Made by a program: the position numbers and the translations under genes
The notes under the pieces: generated by a model
The model's input: only the letters and a program-made list of their open reading frames with translations
Databases searched by the model: none
Told to the model about the DNA's origin: nothing
Shown here: positions 51,200 through 61,880 of the stretch, piece by piece
How positions within the stretch are numbered: the stretch's first letter is position 1
Layout: every line of letters begins with the position of its first letter
Assembly (NCBI GenBank): GCA_019704295.1
Contig: AP024596.1
Location: forward strand, 32,001 to 96,000
DNA: 64,000 bases
DNA from: Sulfolobales archaeon HS-7
GTDB taxonomy: Archaea; Thermoproteota; Thermoprotei_A; Sulfolobales; Sulfolobaceae
Direction: 5' to 3'

Positions 51200-51947
51200 C
51201 GTGAGTTAAATTGTCGATTCTTCCTCCATCAATAACAATAGTCTGCCCTGTCATATATCTCGAATCCTCAGAAAGGAGGAATACCACTAAAGGGGATATA
51301 TCAGAGGGCTTTCCAGTAATTCCCAGAGACGTTTTAGATCTAAAGGAGGCCTTTATCCTTTCGACCTCCTCTTGGCTTTTTCCAGTTACAGTCATATCTG
51401 TTTCAATCCAACCGGGAGCTACTGCATTAACCCTTATTCCATATTTACCTAATTCAAAAGCCAATCTTTTCGTAAGTATTATTACAGAACTCTTAGTTAT
51501 GGCGTAAAAGGTAGTCCCCTCCGCTGCAGTGCCAATACCCGCATTTGACGCAATGTTAACAATAGAACCCCTAGTTCTCTTTAAGTGAGGAAGGAACTCT
51601 AATGTTGAGTATATTGTCCCCATTAAGTTGATTTTCAGCATCTCCATGAACGCAGTTTCATCATAGTTTTCGAAGTTCATCAATTTCATAATCCCTGCGT
51701 TATTTACAAGTCCGGATACTGTAATTCCTTCGCCCTCTATTTTCTCTCTAACTCTAGCTAGATCCTCCCTTTTGCTTACATCTGCCTTTTCCATGTGAAT
51801 TCCCGTTTGGGTTAATTCCTGAGCGTTTTCCTTTGACGAGTTGTAAGTTCCGTAGACGATATAACCTCTTTTCACCAAGTCTATGGCAATTTGCCTCCCA
51901 ATACCCCTCGAACTTCCGGTAACTAATACTGCGTGACTGGAATCCAT
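51192..51947 (-). CDS. Short-chain dehydrogenase/reductase
   Basis: TGSSRGIG, NNAG and YAITK motifs. Confidence 0.95.
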   Translation of the reverse strand: MDSSHAVLVTGSSRGIGRQIAIDLVKRGYIVYGTYNSSKENAQELTQTGIHMEKADVSKREDLARVREKIEGEGITVSGLVNNAGIMKLMNFENYDETAFMEMLKINLMGTIYSTLEFLPHLKRTRGSIVNIASNAGIGTAAEGTTFYAITKSSVIILTKRLAFELGKYGIRVNAVAPGWIETDMTVTGKSQEEVERIKASFRSKTSLGITGKPSDISPLVVFLLSEDSRYMTGQTIVIDGGRIDNLTHGV

Positions 51948-52026
51948 AATAGTTTACTTACAATAGGATTTTTACGATTATGGTTATCCCATATCATTTC
52001 CCTCACCTTTAACTTAATTGGGTTAA

Positions 52027-52312
52027 GGAGGCGAAAGTCCCCTTCCATGAGGATAGCCCCCTTATAGGAGGGTTTTTGTATTCATATGTCAAAATTTTCT
52101 TAGACCTTGGCTGAAAGAACTGGGACAGTACCATCGGGACTGGGGGAACTCAAGCCCCTGGAGAGAAAACCCTTCATAACCTATCTTCTACATGGGCATC
52201 ACAGAATGGTTCCAATCGATTGAACTTACGTTGTGGGTGAATGGAGATCATGTCTCTGAGAAGCAGGAAATCGCGATGCGGAGATACTTCGTCCGTGATG
52301 CTGGGGGTACTC
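52027..52312 (+). mobile_element. Decayed non-autonomous TnpB-type IS derivative (left end plus omega-RNA-like right end)
   Basis: GGAGGCGAAAGTCCCC...GGATAGCCCCCTTATAG at the left; GAAGCAGGAAATCGCGATG...GTCCGTGATGCTGGGGGTAC at the right. Confidence 0.6.
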
Positions 52313-52427
52313 TAAAGCATTTTCTACATTTAGCGATTTATTCCCTTCCTTCATGTCTTCTTAAACGTGTTTAACAAATGAAGGGTTTCCATTACTAAAC
52401 AAGAGGTATAAAAAGGAGAGAGAGGGT

Positions 52428-53333
52428 TTACTCGAAAATTGGTTTTTTCTCCCTTACAAAGGTACCTCTTTTCAGGTCTAAGAGTGCCTCAGCTATCTGA
52501 TCTTGAGTGTTCATAACTATGGGACCATACCACGCTATGGGTTCCCTCAAGGGTCTCCCAGAAAGGAAGATTACATTAGCCCCTCTCTCGGTTCTTACAT
52601 AGACACTATCGCCGTCTTCAAGTATTATTAAATGACCTTTGGGTATACCTGTAGAATTCTCCCTCGACACTTTGATGGAGCCACTTACGACGTAAATTAA
52701 CGAAGTGTATCCATTTTTTACAGGTATCGTTATGTCCTTTTCCGGTGAAAGCGTTATATCCAAATAAGTTGGATCAGCATCGAAACCCGCCTTTATGTCA
52801 CTTTTAACTCCGTCGAATTCCCCACCTATTACCTTCACAATTCCACCATCTATTTTAAGGGTAGGAATTTCGTTTCTCCTCTTATCCCTGTAAATCGGTG
52901 TAGTCATTTTTCTATTTGCAGGAAGGTTTATCCATAGTTGAAGCCCCATAACCGCTGTATCTGGAATTGGGGTCTGTAAGATTCCCTTATCAGAAGGGTC
53001 TAAGGGTCGCGGCATTTCCTGATGGTAAATTCCGCTTCCAGCAGTCATCCACTGAGTATCTCCAGGGTAAAGAACGCCAGCATTTCCCTCGCTATCCTGA
53101 TGTTCCACTTTACCCCTTGTAAGGTAAGTAACGGTCTCTATGCCTCTATGCGGATGCCATGGAAATCCAGCTATGTAATCTTCTATATTTGTTGACCCGA
53201 AGAAATCGAGTAAGAGGAAAGGGTCAGTTAAATCGTAAGTATTTGGACCCCCGAACACCCTATATAATTTAACCCCAGCACCGTCTATTGTTGATCTTCC
53301 TTCAATTAATCCCGAGACCTTTCTGTAATCCAT
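52428..53333 (-). CDS. Pirin family protein
   Basis: DPFLLLD, HPHRGIETVTY, WMTAGSGIYHQE and GPIVMNT motifs. Confidence 0.96.
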   Translation of the reverse strand: MDYRKVSGLIEGRSTIDGAGVKLYRVFGGPNTYDLTDPFLLLDFFGSTNIEDYIAGFPWHPHRGIETVTYLTRGKVEHQDSEGNAGVLYPGDTQWMTAGSGIYHQEMPRPLDPSDKGILQTPIPDTAVMGLQLWINLPANRKMTTPIYRDKRRNEIPTLKIDGGIVKVIGGEFDGVKSDIKAGFDADPTYLDITLSPEKDITIPVKNGYTSLIYVVSGSIKVSRENSTGIPKGHLIILEDGDSVYVRTERGANVIFLSGRPLREPIAWYGPIVMNTQDQIAEALLDLKRGTFVREKKPIFE

Positions 53334-53533
53334 TTTACATCTTTAAGTAAATTGCCCCCAGATAATTTAATAGCGAGTTATGAAAGTTACACGGTATTAT
53401 TCAGGACTTACCGTGCACTAATATGTTTAAATAACTACAAAAGTTCATATATTTCCTTATTGCAGTATAAACATGTATAGAAAAATATTGGGGGTTTATT
53501 AACTAATATTCTGATCTATTATTTAGATAAACA

Positions 53534-53905
53534 ATGTCGTTAACTAATATAGAGAAAATAAAACTCCCTGGAGGAAGAGAGGTGAGCATTAATGAATTGC
53601 TTTCCTTCATTTATGGTGTACCTAAAGCTGATATAGAGATCCTGAGAATTATAGAGAAGAAGGGTAAGGCCACTACCGATGAAATATCTGAAATGTTGAG
53701 GACTACTAAACCCTCAGTGAGTAAGTCGTTAAATAACCTGGTCAAAAAGGGACTTATTGAAAGAGAAAAGTTAAGGGACGGCACCAGAAGGGGAAGACCT
53801 GTGTTTATATATAAGGTCTCATCAAATCTACTAGACGAGAAAATCATTGCCGATCTTAATCAGGTAACCTCTGATATAAGGGAGAAATTAAAAAAAGCTA
53901 ATTAA
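53534..53905 (+). CDS. Lrs14/TrmB-like winged-helix regulator
   Basis: KPSVSKSLNNLVKKGLIER and RGRPVFIY motifs. Confidence 0.85.
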   Translation: MSLTNIEKIKLPGGREVSINELLSFIYGVPKADIEILRIIEKKGKATTDEISEMLRTTKPSVSKSLNNLVKKGLIEREKLRDGTRRGRPVFIYKVSSNLLDEKIIADLNQVTSDIREKLKKAN

Positions 53906-54390
53906 ACTTCTTTTTTTCTGTAAAGTAAACTTCTCAATATTAAGTAGGCCAAAAACAGCCCACCGAAAAGCATGAGCAGTTCTGATGTAATCACAATAGC
54001 GTAATTTCCATATTCCTCAGCATAGGCTTCCCCGGGGGACGCTAGAATTAAACTGACGAGGACATTTTGAGTAGGACCAGCGTAGACTAATGAGTAGTTA
54101 CCTACTGATAAATAGACAAAGGGAGGGGGAAGAGTCAGGTTAGCCTCTAATTCACCATTTTTATATAATAGAATGTTCCCATCACTTACGTTAATGTACA
54201 TAACCATAACCCTTGATATGGTTACATTAAGCGAATACAATACAGTCCCATTAGTTAGCGTTACAATCCTCTTGTTTCCCAAAAGTTGATGTTCGAATGT
54301 AAAGTAGTATGGCGTTAAATACGGAGTAAGGACAAATAGAGTTAGTCCTATCGCAAAAATTAGAAGAGATGAAATGATTTTCTTATCCAC
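53902..54390 (-). CDS. Hypothetical membrane protein (N- and C-terminal TM helices)
   Basis: Two hydrophobic segments flanking a beta-rich domain. Confidence 0.7.
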   Translation of the reverse strand: MDKKIISSLLIFAIGLTLFVLTPYLTPYYFTFEHQLLGNKRIVTLTNGTVLYSLNVTISRVMVMYINVSDGNILLYKNGELEANLTLPPPFVYLSVGNYSLVYAGPTQNVLVSLILASPGEAYAEEYGNYAIVITSELLMLFGGLFLAYLILRSLLYRKKEV

Positions 54391-54777
54391 TTAATACTCT
54401 TTTAGGCAGGGCAATATAAATTAAGATGTTACTGTTAACTTGCACTTTTACCATTGTCATGACGGAGGCTTTACGATAAATATGTCGATTGAACTTACGA
54501 CATTGTGCTAGCAAAGATCACCACATAAAGGGTAATGTATGTGCCATAAGGAAGAATTAGGCCATTAAAACATTCACCTTAATTGGGGAACTTAAGGATT
54601 GGGATGTATAGATCCTTATGCTTAAATATGGGTCCTTACTAAACTACTAATAACAGCCATTGAGGTAGTCGCAGAGACGACCTAGGGAGAACTTTAGTAT
54701 ACCTCGGCTCCGCTCGAGTATCATTGAGAACATAGTGAAAGTAAAATAGTAGTGGTACTTAGTATCGGTAGAGTTAC

Positions 54778-54830
54778 CTGGGCAAGACGAGTGGGCGCGA
54801 AATCCTGTCCGTAGGATAGGTAGCAGTTAT
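54778..54830 (+). mobile_element. Decayed omega-RNA-like IS right-end remnant
   Basis: GGGCAAGACGAGTGGG...GAAATCCTGTCCGTAGGATAGGTAGCAGTT. Confidence 0.35.
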
Positions 54831-55132
54831 TGGAGAATGACATATATCTCGAAGGCGTCGTATATCACAGCTGGACTTTGACCGATTAGGATCGTAAGGA
54901 GGTTACGCGACCTCTGTTAGATAGGTAAAATACTATAGTGGAATCCCTACCATACAAAATTCATTCCAGCAAAGGCAGAAATGTGTGAGGCTACGCTACA
55001 CGGTTCACCTGTCGCATGACGCAAAAATCCGTTAAAGCGCAACGTCTCTGAGGAGATGATGCACGATCCTTGGAGACGTCAAAAACTCTTACGCTGACTG
55101 ATGAGGAATGAGGTGATCTCTGAATGGTGATG

Positions 55133-57856
55133 TCAATCAATCCAGTATTTCCTATTCCTAATGAAGTTCCTCTCAGCATCCAATAGGGTCTTATAAAACG
55201 CATCCTCCCCTTGGGAGAGCTTAGATAACATCCTACCCATGTTGTGAGGTCCAACCCCAGGCGTAACGAAAGCCACAGCAGCTAGCTTCCTATACGTCGA
55301 GAATAGCGAAGAAGTAATCTTTATTTCCTCAATTTTCTCTCTCTCCTCTTTATGTAACTTTCCATTTGTCTTAACCTTGTCCAAGAGCTTTTTATCGATC
55401 GTGTCCTCAGGCTCGTGAAGTGATAGGAATACGGAGCCGCACTTGGGGCATTTCTCAGGTACATCCTTCACCTTAAATACGCTGTTCCAGTAACATATGC
55501 TACATAAAAGCTTGACACTTCTCTGCTGCAGCTTTCGTTTAAATATTTCCAGCATAAAGGGTTCACCACTATCACGAACCATTATTTTCTCTAGGAACTG
55601 CTTTGAGAGCGGAGAGGGGTCAACAGTTTCAACAACGGCAAATTTCCACTTCTTTACCTCAGTAAAGACGTTAACGTCATAGCTGTACTTCTCGAGCTCA
55701 TTAACTGCCTCCTCACCTATTATAGTATTAACGTACGCGTCGAGCATCGTTTTAGTAATCTTTACGTTGGCGTCCTTGTCTATTGCTCCAAACCTTATAG
55801 CCTCGGTTACTATCTTCCACTTATACTGAGGACTGTTAATTATGGCCTTTCTCAACCACCCCCTTAATACTTCCTCTGAATTCTGCGTAAGGAATTCCAG
55901 AGCCTGTTCCACATCATTCTTCGATATTAGGTAGGGGGACGCAATGGCTATGTGGTAAGCGTCAGATCTATATGTAACTCTTCCCCCAGTTCTGTTTAAG
56001 AGAAAGAGGGAAATCAATGCACCTATTGTGTTGTTTCCCCTAGTCCCCATGGGGAGGTTAATGACAACTAAACCACCTTTTAATACCTCCGTCAACGCCG
56101 TATCCTCAGCAGGACTTGGAAATCCCCTTCTCCTCAACTCGGCAAGCATTTTGTTTATTTCCTCCTTTACTTTTTCGTCTTGAATATCCGAACTCGCTAT
56201 AAATCTCCTGTAAACTTCAGTTGCTACCTGAATCTCTACAGGTATCGTCTCTCCATACCATGAGGGGAGATGTCCTGACGAGGTCTGAGTTCTCTCTAAG
56301 AAGACTTTATCGTTCTCTATACTTATAACTCTCCATAACTTTCCGCTAAGTACTATTACGTCGTCCTCGGAAAGCGTGGAGACGAAGTCCTTATCTAGAG
56401 TGCCTATTTTCTGGTCACTAACCATGTCAATTGCCAGGAAATTCGACGAGCTTTCAGGTATCATTGAGACAGAAAAAGCGTACTTCCAGATTCTTCTAGA
56501 CTTACCTAGTTTTCCATTCTTTTCCGATATTATGTAGGCCGACTTTAGGAACTCCACGACATTCATGAACCTCTCATACTCTAAGGTCCTAAAGTAAAAG
56601 GACTTCCTTACGATATCATATATTTTCTCAGGTTCTGAATACCCTTCCATTACCATAAGCGCTATTTGATGTGCAACTACGTCAAGCGCATCTTCTTCCG
56701 TTATTGGCTTCTCGAGTTTTCCCTCCTTTGCGAAGTCGGTTATCACAATACACTCTACTACGTCCTCTACCTGACTTGTCGGCACAACCACACCATTAGG
56801 CACCTTTTTAAAAAAATGACCGCTTCTCCCAACCCTCTGGATTAATCTTAATGCCTGTCTTGGGGACGAGTATTGTATCACAGTATTTATTGTTCCTACG
56901 TCTATACCAAGCTCAAGGCTGGATGTGGCCACTAAGGCGTCTAGTTTGCCTGCCTTAAACTCCTTTTCTGCGGAAACTCTCACATCTCTTGATAATGAGC
57001 CGTGATGAACCTCAACGTTTAACTTGAATAAATTTCTCAAAACATTGGAGAGGTACTCCGCAGTCTCCCTTGTATTAGTAAATAGTAAAACAGGTTTCCT
57101 TGTCCTAATGATGTCACTTATGTATTTAACCCTAGCGTAGGTTTCAGGACTTAAACCGCTCTCTACGACCTTATCTACTTCCTCCCCGGGGTTAGGAATT
57201 GCCACTTCTATTTTCATCTCCCTTGATATGTTAACTAACGCTATATCAACGTCTCCCTCAGGATGGAGGAAATGCTTTGCCGCTTCAATTTCTCCAATAG
57301 TAGCTGAAATCCCTATTACCTGAATCTTCTGTTTCGCTCTTATCTTAAGCCTTTCAACGGCTATTGACATTTCGTATCCCCTTTTATCGTCAAGCATTTC
57401 TTGAACTTCGTCTATTATGAGCCACCTTACGTTGGACAAGTATTCCCTTAGCTTCTGATTTATTAGCAGGAACTCAAAAGTTTCAGGGGTGGTGATCAGG
57501 AGATCCGGAGGTTCTTTCTCTATACGCCTTCTGTCTCTCTCAGTTGAATCTCCGTGTCTAACTCCTACAGATACTCCGAAAGCCGATGCTATTTTCGTTA
57601 ATCGTACCTCTATATCTCTGTTTAACGCCCTAAGTGGAGTTACATATATGCCAGATATCTTCTCAGGCCTTTCTATTAGAATTTCCGTGAATACAGGTAT
57701 TACCGCCGCTTCGGTTTTCCCGAATCCTGTAGGGGCCACTATTAACGTGTTCTTTCCGCTGAGAACCTTAGGTATGGCTATCTTCTGGATCGGCGTTAAC
57801 TCGGTGTAGCCCAGCAATTTCATTCTAGTTGCTAATATTTCCAACGTCTCCTGCAT
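55133..57856 (-). CDS. lhr: Lhr-family SF2 helicase
   Basis: APTGFGKT, HGD, DEVQ, HHGSLS, SLELGID and QRVGRSGH motifs; C-terminal Zn finger. Confidence 0.93.
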   Translation of the reverse strand: MQETLEILATRMKLLGYTELTPIQKIAIPKVLSGKNTLIVAPTGFGKTEAAVIPVFTEILIERPEKISGIYVTPLRALNRDIEVRLTKIASAFGVSVGVRHGDSTERDRRRIEKEPPDLLITTPETFEFLLINQKLREYLSNVRWLIIDEVQEMLDDKRGYEMSIAVERLKIRAKQKIQVIGISATIGEIEAAKHFLHPEGDVDIALVNISREMKIEVAIPNPGEEVDKVVESGLSPETYARVKYISDIIRTRKPVLLFTNTRETAEYLSNVLRNLFKLNVEVHHGSLSRDVRVSAEKEFKAGKLDALVATSSLELGIDVGTINTVIQYSSPRQALRLIQRVGRSGHFFKKVPNGVVVPTSQVEDVVECIVITDFAKEGKLEKPITEEDALDVVAHQIALMVMEGYSEPEKIYDIVRKSFYFRTLEYERFMNVVEFLKSAYIISEKNGKLGKSRRIWKYAFSVSMIPESSSNFLAIDMVSDQKIGTLDKDFVSTLSEDDVIVLSGKLWRVISIENDKVFLERTQTSSGHLPSWYGETIPVEIQVATEVYRRFIASSDIQDEKVKEEINKMLAELRRRGFPSPAEDTALTEVLKGGLVVINLPMGTRGNNTIGALISLFLLNRTGGRVTYRSDAYHIAIASPYLISKNDVEQALEFLTQNSEEVLRGWLRKAIINSPQYKWKIVTEAIRFGAIDKDANVKITKTMLDAYVNTIIGEEAVNELEKYSYDVNVFTEVKKWKFAVVETVDPSPLSKQFLEKIMVRDSGEPFMLEIFKRKLQQRSVKLLCSICYWNSVFKVKDVPEKCPKCGSVFLSLHEPEDTIDKKLLDKVKTNGKLHKEEREKIEEIKITSSLFSTYRKLAAVAFVTPGVGPHNMGRMLSKLSQGEDAFYKTLLDAERNFIRNRKYWID

Positions 57857-57896
57857 GAATGATATTTAACATCAATCTCACAAATATAAGAGTAAA

Positions 57897-59501
57897 ATGA
57901 ACGAAGTGCGACATGGACTAATACTGACTACGTTGATCGCTGTACTTTTTCTTTCACAGAAACTTGAGATCATGTTCTTTGCAGGGATTGCAGTGTTTAT
58001 TGCACTAGGATTTCTTTCCTCCTGGTACTATAGTTCGCCTTTTACAGCTATGTTCTACCTTCCGGTAATATTAGTTACGGGTTATCTCTTAGGAAAATTC
58101 ACCAGTCCTTTCCTTATACTCGGCTTCTTATTCGGTATAGCTCTTTACTTAATTTGGAATACTGCCCTATCACGTGGTTTTTCCGATGCTGTTATAAGGA
58201 ATTTAAGGTACTTTAGGACTCCCTCAAAGAGGTTAATTATTTCGTCTACGATCGGATTGGTTGTATGTGCGGTATACCTTTTTTCCTCAAAAACTTGGAT
58301 TCTCTTCCCAGGAAGCGTAATAAACCTCTATCTCTTAATCACGAGCGATTACTCTCCTACCGATGCGATAATTCTGATCATGCTTAACTGGTTTTCAATT
58401 CCCTTTTTACTGTCGGATAGAGAAGTTTCAATTGGAAGAGGGGAATACTGCTTTTCCATCATTGCGATAATCCAGAAGGGGCTAGGTCATTCCCCCGTGA
58501 AAACGGAGGGAAGATATCATTGGGTTAAGTCGAGAGGTCGCTTATGCCTAAGCGTAACGGATAGGGAGAATTACAATACCACGATAATAGGTTCTAGCGG
58601 TACCGGAAAATCCCATCTAGTTAAGAAAACGCTTAGAGACATTTCACTCAACTACATTATCATTGATATTCATGGGGAATACGACATTCCTGGGGCGCTT
58701 CACGTAGATATGGCTTCCAACGGAATAAACCCCTTTTCGCTTTTCGGAAAAACTCCCCATGACAGAAGTCTTGAGATCGCCTCAATGCTGGCTTCGGTAT
58801 TTAACCTCGGAAGCATCCAAACCGTAACTTTAGCCAATCTGATCCACGAACTATATCAGACGGTTGAAACTAGTAAAGGGGATTTAAGTGCGTTACCTAC
58901 ATTTGAGGACCTTAAAAAGCTAATGGAAGCAAAGGTAAGGTTCGGTGGAGATATGCAGGAAATTGCGGTAATTCAACGACTACTTCCTTACGTTAATTTC
59001 CTCTCGGCTTATACCAATTTCAGTGAGTCTGAGTTTAACGTAGAGGGAGGAAGAGTTGTGATAGACTTCTCTAAAGTTGTCTCTGACGAATTAAGGTATA
59101 TACTCCTAGAAACGTTCTTATCCTCGATCCTGGGTCAAGCGTACAGAAGAGGTCCTTCACCTCTTCACACAATTTTAGTAATAGACGAAGCACCTTTTTT
59201 GCTCAGTAGGGAATCCGGAAGAAATATAGCTCTTAGATTTTTTGCTGAGGGGAGGAAGTTTGGGATCGGAACAATAATTGTATCCCAGTTCGGAAAACTA
59301 GTTAAGGAAGCAATTAATAACTCTTCCACGATAATCTGCTTTAAAGTTAACGATCCTGAGGACATAGATTACATGTCAAGGGTATTTAGCTCTGGGAACA
59401 ACGAAATGGCTAATGTCGTTAAATCCGCTCTGAACACGTTAAAAAGAGGGGAATTTATAATAAAGGAGAAAAGCGAATTAATATTAGGAAGGAGTTATTA
59501 G
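57897..59501 (+). CDS. Membrane-anchored HerA/FtsK-like (DUF87) ATPase
   Basis: N-terminal TM bundle; GSSGTGKS, DIHGEY, VIDEA and EGRKFG motifs. Confidence 0.85.
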   Translation: MNEVRHGLILTTLIAVLFLSQKLEIMFFAGIAVFIALGFLSSWYYSSPFTAMFYLPVILVTGYLLGKFTSPFLILGFLFGIALYLIWNTALSRGFSDAVIRNLRYFRTPSKRLIISSTIGLVVCAVYLFSSKTWILFPGSVINLYLLITSDYSPTDAIILIMLNWFSIPFLLSDREVSIGRGEYCFSIIAIIQKGLGHSPVKTEGRYHWVKSRGRLCLSVTDRENYNTTIIGSSGTGKSHLVKKTLRDISLNYIIIDIHGEYDIPGALHVDMASNGINPFSLFGKTPHDRSLEIASMLASVFNLGSIQTVTLANLIHELYQTVETSKGDLSALPTFEDLKKLMEAKVRFGGDMQEIAVIQRLLPYVNFLSAYTNFSESEFNVEGGRVVIDFSKVVSDELRYILLETFLSSILGQAYRRGPSPLHTILVIDEAPFLLSRESGRNIALRFFAEGRKFGIGTIIVSQFGKLVKEAINNSSTIICFKVNDPEDIDYMSRVFSSGNNEMANVVKSALNTLKRGEFIIKEKSELILGRSY

Positions 59502-59517
59502 AGAATAATGAGTAGTT

Positions 59518-59763
59518 ATGTCTTCAGAGGAGGATAGTGAGGGGGAAGACAAAAGGGAGGAGGAGGAAGATGAGGATGAGGGCTTTTCAAGTTCAATGTC
59601 TATAAATGATATTGAGTACTTTGTAGAGAGAACGCAGTTACTCGAGGATATTGTAAGCGGTAGGAAAACTATAGAACAGGCATCAAAGGATACTGTGCAC
59701 AAAGAGGTAAAAACTAGAAAAAGAAACACCAGGAGAGGGAAGAAAAAGGAGGAAGATGAATGA
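59518..59763 (+). CDS. rpo13: RNA polymerase subunit Rpo13
   Basis: Acidic N-terminus, SINDIE...GRKTIEQA core and basic tail; directly upstream of PCNA. Confidence 0.8.
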   Translation: MSSEEDSEGEDKREEEEDEDEGFSSSMSINDIEYFVERTQLLEDIVSGRKTIEQASKDTVHKEVKTRKRNTRRGKKKEEDE

Positions 59764-60497
59764 GAATAGAATACTCGAACGTAGGTAACCTTACAGAACT
59801 TCTTCAATCAATGGGGAAATTTACCGATAAAATTACTCTTAATTTCACCGGGGATAAGCTCTACTCAATCCACCTCACTGAAGATAAATCTGTCCTTTTA
59901 ATCTTAGAACTAAAAAAGGAGGCATTTAACGAATATTCTGTTGATGAAAACATTTCGATCTCCATTCCGTCAGATAACGTGAAATCTATACTTGGTAAGT
60001 TCAGGAGAGGAACGGTAGAAATGGCAATAACTAACGATAGGTTAAGATTTGTTGTTAGGGAGTCAAAGGGTGTAAAAAACACAGTGAGCGTGAAAATTGA
60101 GAAGGAGGAACAGCAAAAAATCATCGAACTAAAGGTAAAGAGTGGGTTTACATTTACCTTGCCAGATGGGGGCATGTTAAGGAGAGTAGTTGAGGACGCA
60201 GGGACTATAGGGGAGACGGTGAAAGTAGAGGGTAAAAAGGACGCAGTGATATTCTCCACCTCCGAGTTAGGAAAAAGCTACGTTGCTGCTTTAAAGCAGG
60301 GAAAACCTCTAGAATCTCTATCCGTTGAAGAGGAGGGGTATTCTAATTACGCTGTAGAGATCTTAGATTCAACGGTGAGCGCAATTACGAAATTAGGAAA
60401 GCTTGAGGTGTCGTCTGGTAATAACATTCCCATAAAACTTAAAGCTATAGTCTCTGACTTCGCCTCTTTGACAGCGTGGGTGGCTCCTAGAGCATAA
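59760..60497 (+). CDS. pcn: PCNA sliding clamp subunit
   Basis: 245 aa; LTEDKSVL and C-terminal WVAPR. Confidence 0.92.
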   Translation: MRIEYSNVGNLTELLQSMGKFTDKITLNFTGDKLYSIHLTEDKSVLLILELKKEAFNEYSVDENISISIPSDNVKSILGKFRRGTVEMAITNDRLRFVVRESKGVKNTVSVKIEKEEQQKIIELKVKSGFTFTLPDGGMLRRVVEDAGTIGETVKVEGKKDAVIFSTSELGKSYVAALKQGKPLESLSVEEEGYSNYAVEILDSTVSAITKLGKLEVSSGNNIPIKLKAIVSDFASLTAWVAPRA

Positions 60498-60500
60498 TCT

Positions 60501-61871
60501 TTAGCTCTCAACTATAGCCTTTATCTCATCTAAGTATATGCGTTTTTTTACAATCTCGGTAATCTTTTGGATTGCCTCATAATAAGCCTCCTCTTCCTGA
60601 GTTGGAGAGTGAGTTAACCCGAAGTACTTCAACAGTTTCCCTGATGCTTCGGAGAAGAGAAATCCGTGGACGCTGATTCCTACTTTATCATCATGAAAAT
60701 CTCCGTCGTATTCTAACGTACTGTGTCCATTCCTCCTCACTATCTTTAGTATCCCTCTATTTCCAGACACTCTACCTCTCCTGATTTCGTATCCCTTAAA
60801 TGGAAGAGAATCGAAAAACCCTTCTATCTGCGAAACGATCTTGTCGTAGTAAATGTTAACTTTTCCATTAAATATTGAGAGTCCTTTCTCACTTCTAGGC
60901 AGTCCCGATTCCATTCCTAATGGATCTGAGATCTCACTGTTCATTATCTGATAACCCCCACATATTCCTAGAAGGGGATACCTCGATATTTTAGGGAAAT
61001 ACTTCTTTATCCATGCTAGCGACTCGAATACGTTTCTTGACCCTGGGAGTATTACTAGGTAGGGATCAATGATTTCCTCCTCTCTTCTCACAAACCTCAA
61101 GTAAGCGTCTGAAAATTTGAGAGCGTAAAACTCATTGAAGTTGCTCATGAATGGATATGCGATTACATCAACCTCTTTCTTTCCATTAATTGAGAAAATG
61201 TCCTCCGAATCCTCAGGAGGAATTGGTTTTTCCTCCAGTAATGGAATACTTCCAAGATACTTCATTCCCGTTTTGGTCTCTAACCATTTACATGCCGGTT
61301 CCACGAATTTCTCTTCACCTAAGTACTTATTGATGATAAACCCCTTAATCCTGGTTCTCACCTCCTCAGGCAACATGTTATACGCCCCGTAAGCTGAGGC
61401 AAACGCCCCTCCCTTGCTTATGTCCAGGACTAGGATTATCGGAAACCCGAACTCCTTTGCAATCAAGGTCCCCGATATATCCCTCTCTAAATAATTAGGT
61501 TCAGCTATACCTCCTGCGCTTTCTATTACGTTTTCACCTATTGCATTCCTAGCGCTAAACCAAATATCTGGAAGGATTGAAACGTAATCCTGATAATTAA
61601 GTACTCCAAGAGAGTTTCCATTCAAAATTACCTCTATCCCGTTACCCATGTATTTTATGAGAACGGGATTTAGCTTTCTGGTGGGTTTAATTTTATTTCC
61701 CATTGCTTGGAACGCCTGAATGAAGGCTATTTCCCCTCCGTCTTCCGTAGAGTAACTGTTGAGCGAGATGTTTTGAACCTTAAGCGGGGGTTTTCCCAGT
61801 ATTCGAACAAGGGAGGACGTTATTAACGATTTCCCTGCACCGCTCTGAGTTGATGCTACGATTACGCTCAC
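60501..61871 (-). CDS. cobQ: Cobyric acid synthase
   Basis: SGAGKS, KVQN, LNPVLIK, SNFNE and GICGGYQ motifs. Confidence 0.92.
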   Translation of the reverse strand: MSVIVASTQSGAGKSLITSSLVRILGKPPLKVQNISLNSYSTEDGGEIAFIQAFQAMGNKIKPTRKLNPVLIKYMGNGIEVILNGNSLGVLNYQDYVSILPDIWFSARNAIGENVIESAGGIAEPNYLERDISGTLIAKEFGFPIILVLDISKGGAFASAYGAYNMLPEEVRTRIKGFIINKYLGEEKFVEPACKWLETKTGMKYLGSIPLLEEKPIPPEDSEDIFSINGKKEVDVIAYPFMSNFNEFYALKFSDAYLRFVRREEEIIDPYLVILPGSRNVFESLAWIKKYFPKISRYPLLGICGGYQIMNSEISDPLGMESGLPRSEKGLSIFNGKVNIYYDKIVSQIEGFFDSLPFKGYEIRRGRVSGNRGILKIVRRNGHSTLEYDGDFHDDKVGISVHGFLFSEASGKLLKYFGLTHSPTQEEEAYYEAIQKITEIVKKRIYLDEIKAIVES

Positions 61872-61880
61872 GTTAAACCC

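Noticed and set aside
55095-55125. CTGATGA...CTGA as a C/D box sRNA
   Set aside because: Only half a unit, with a non-canonical C-box context
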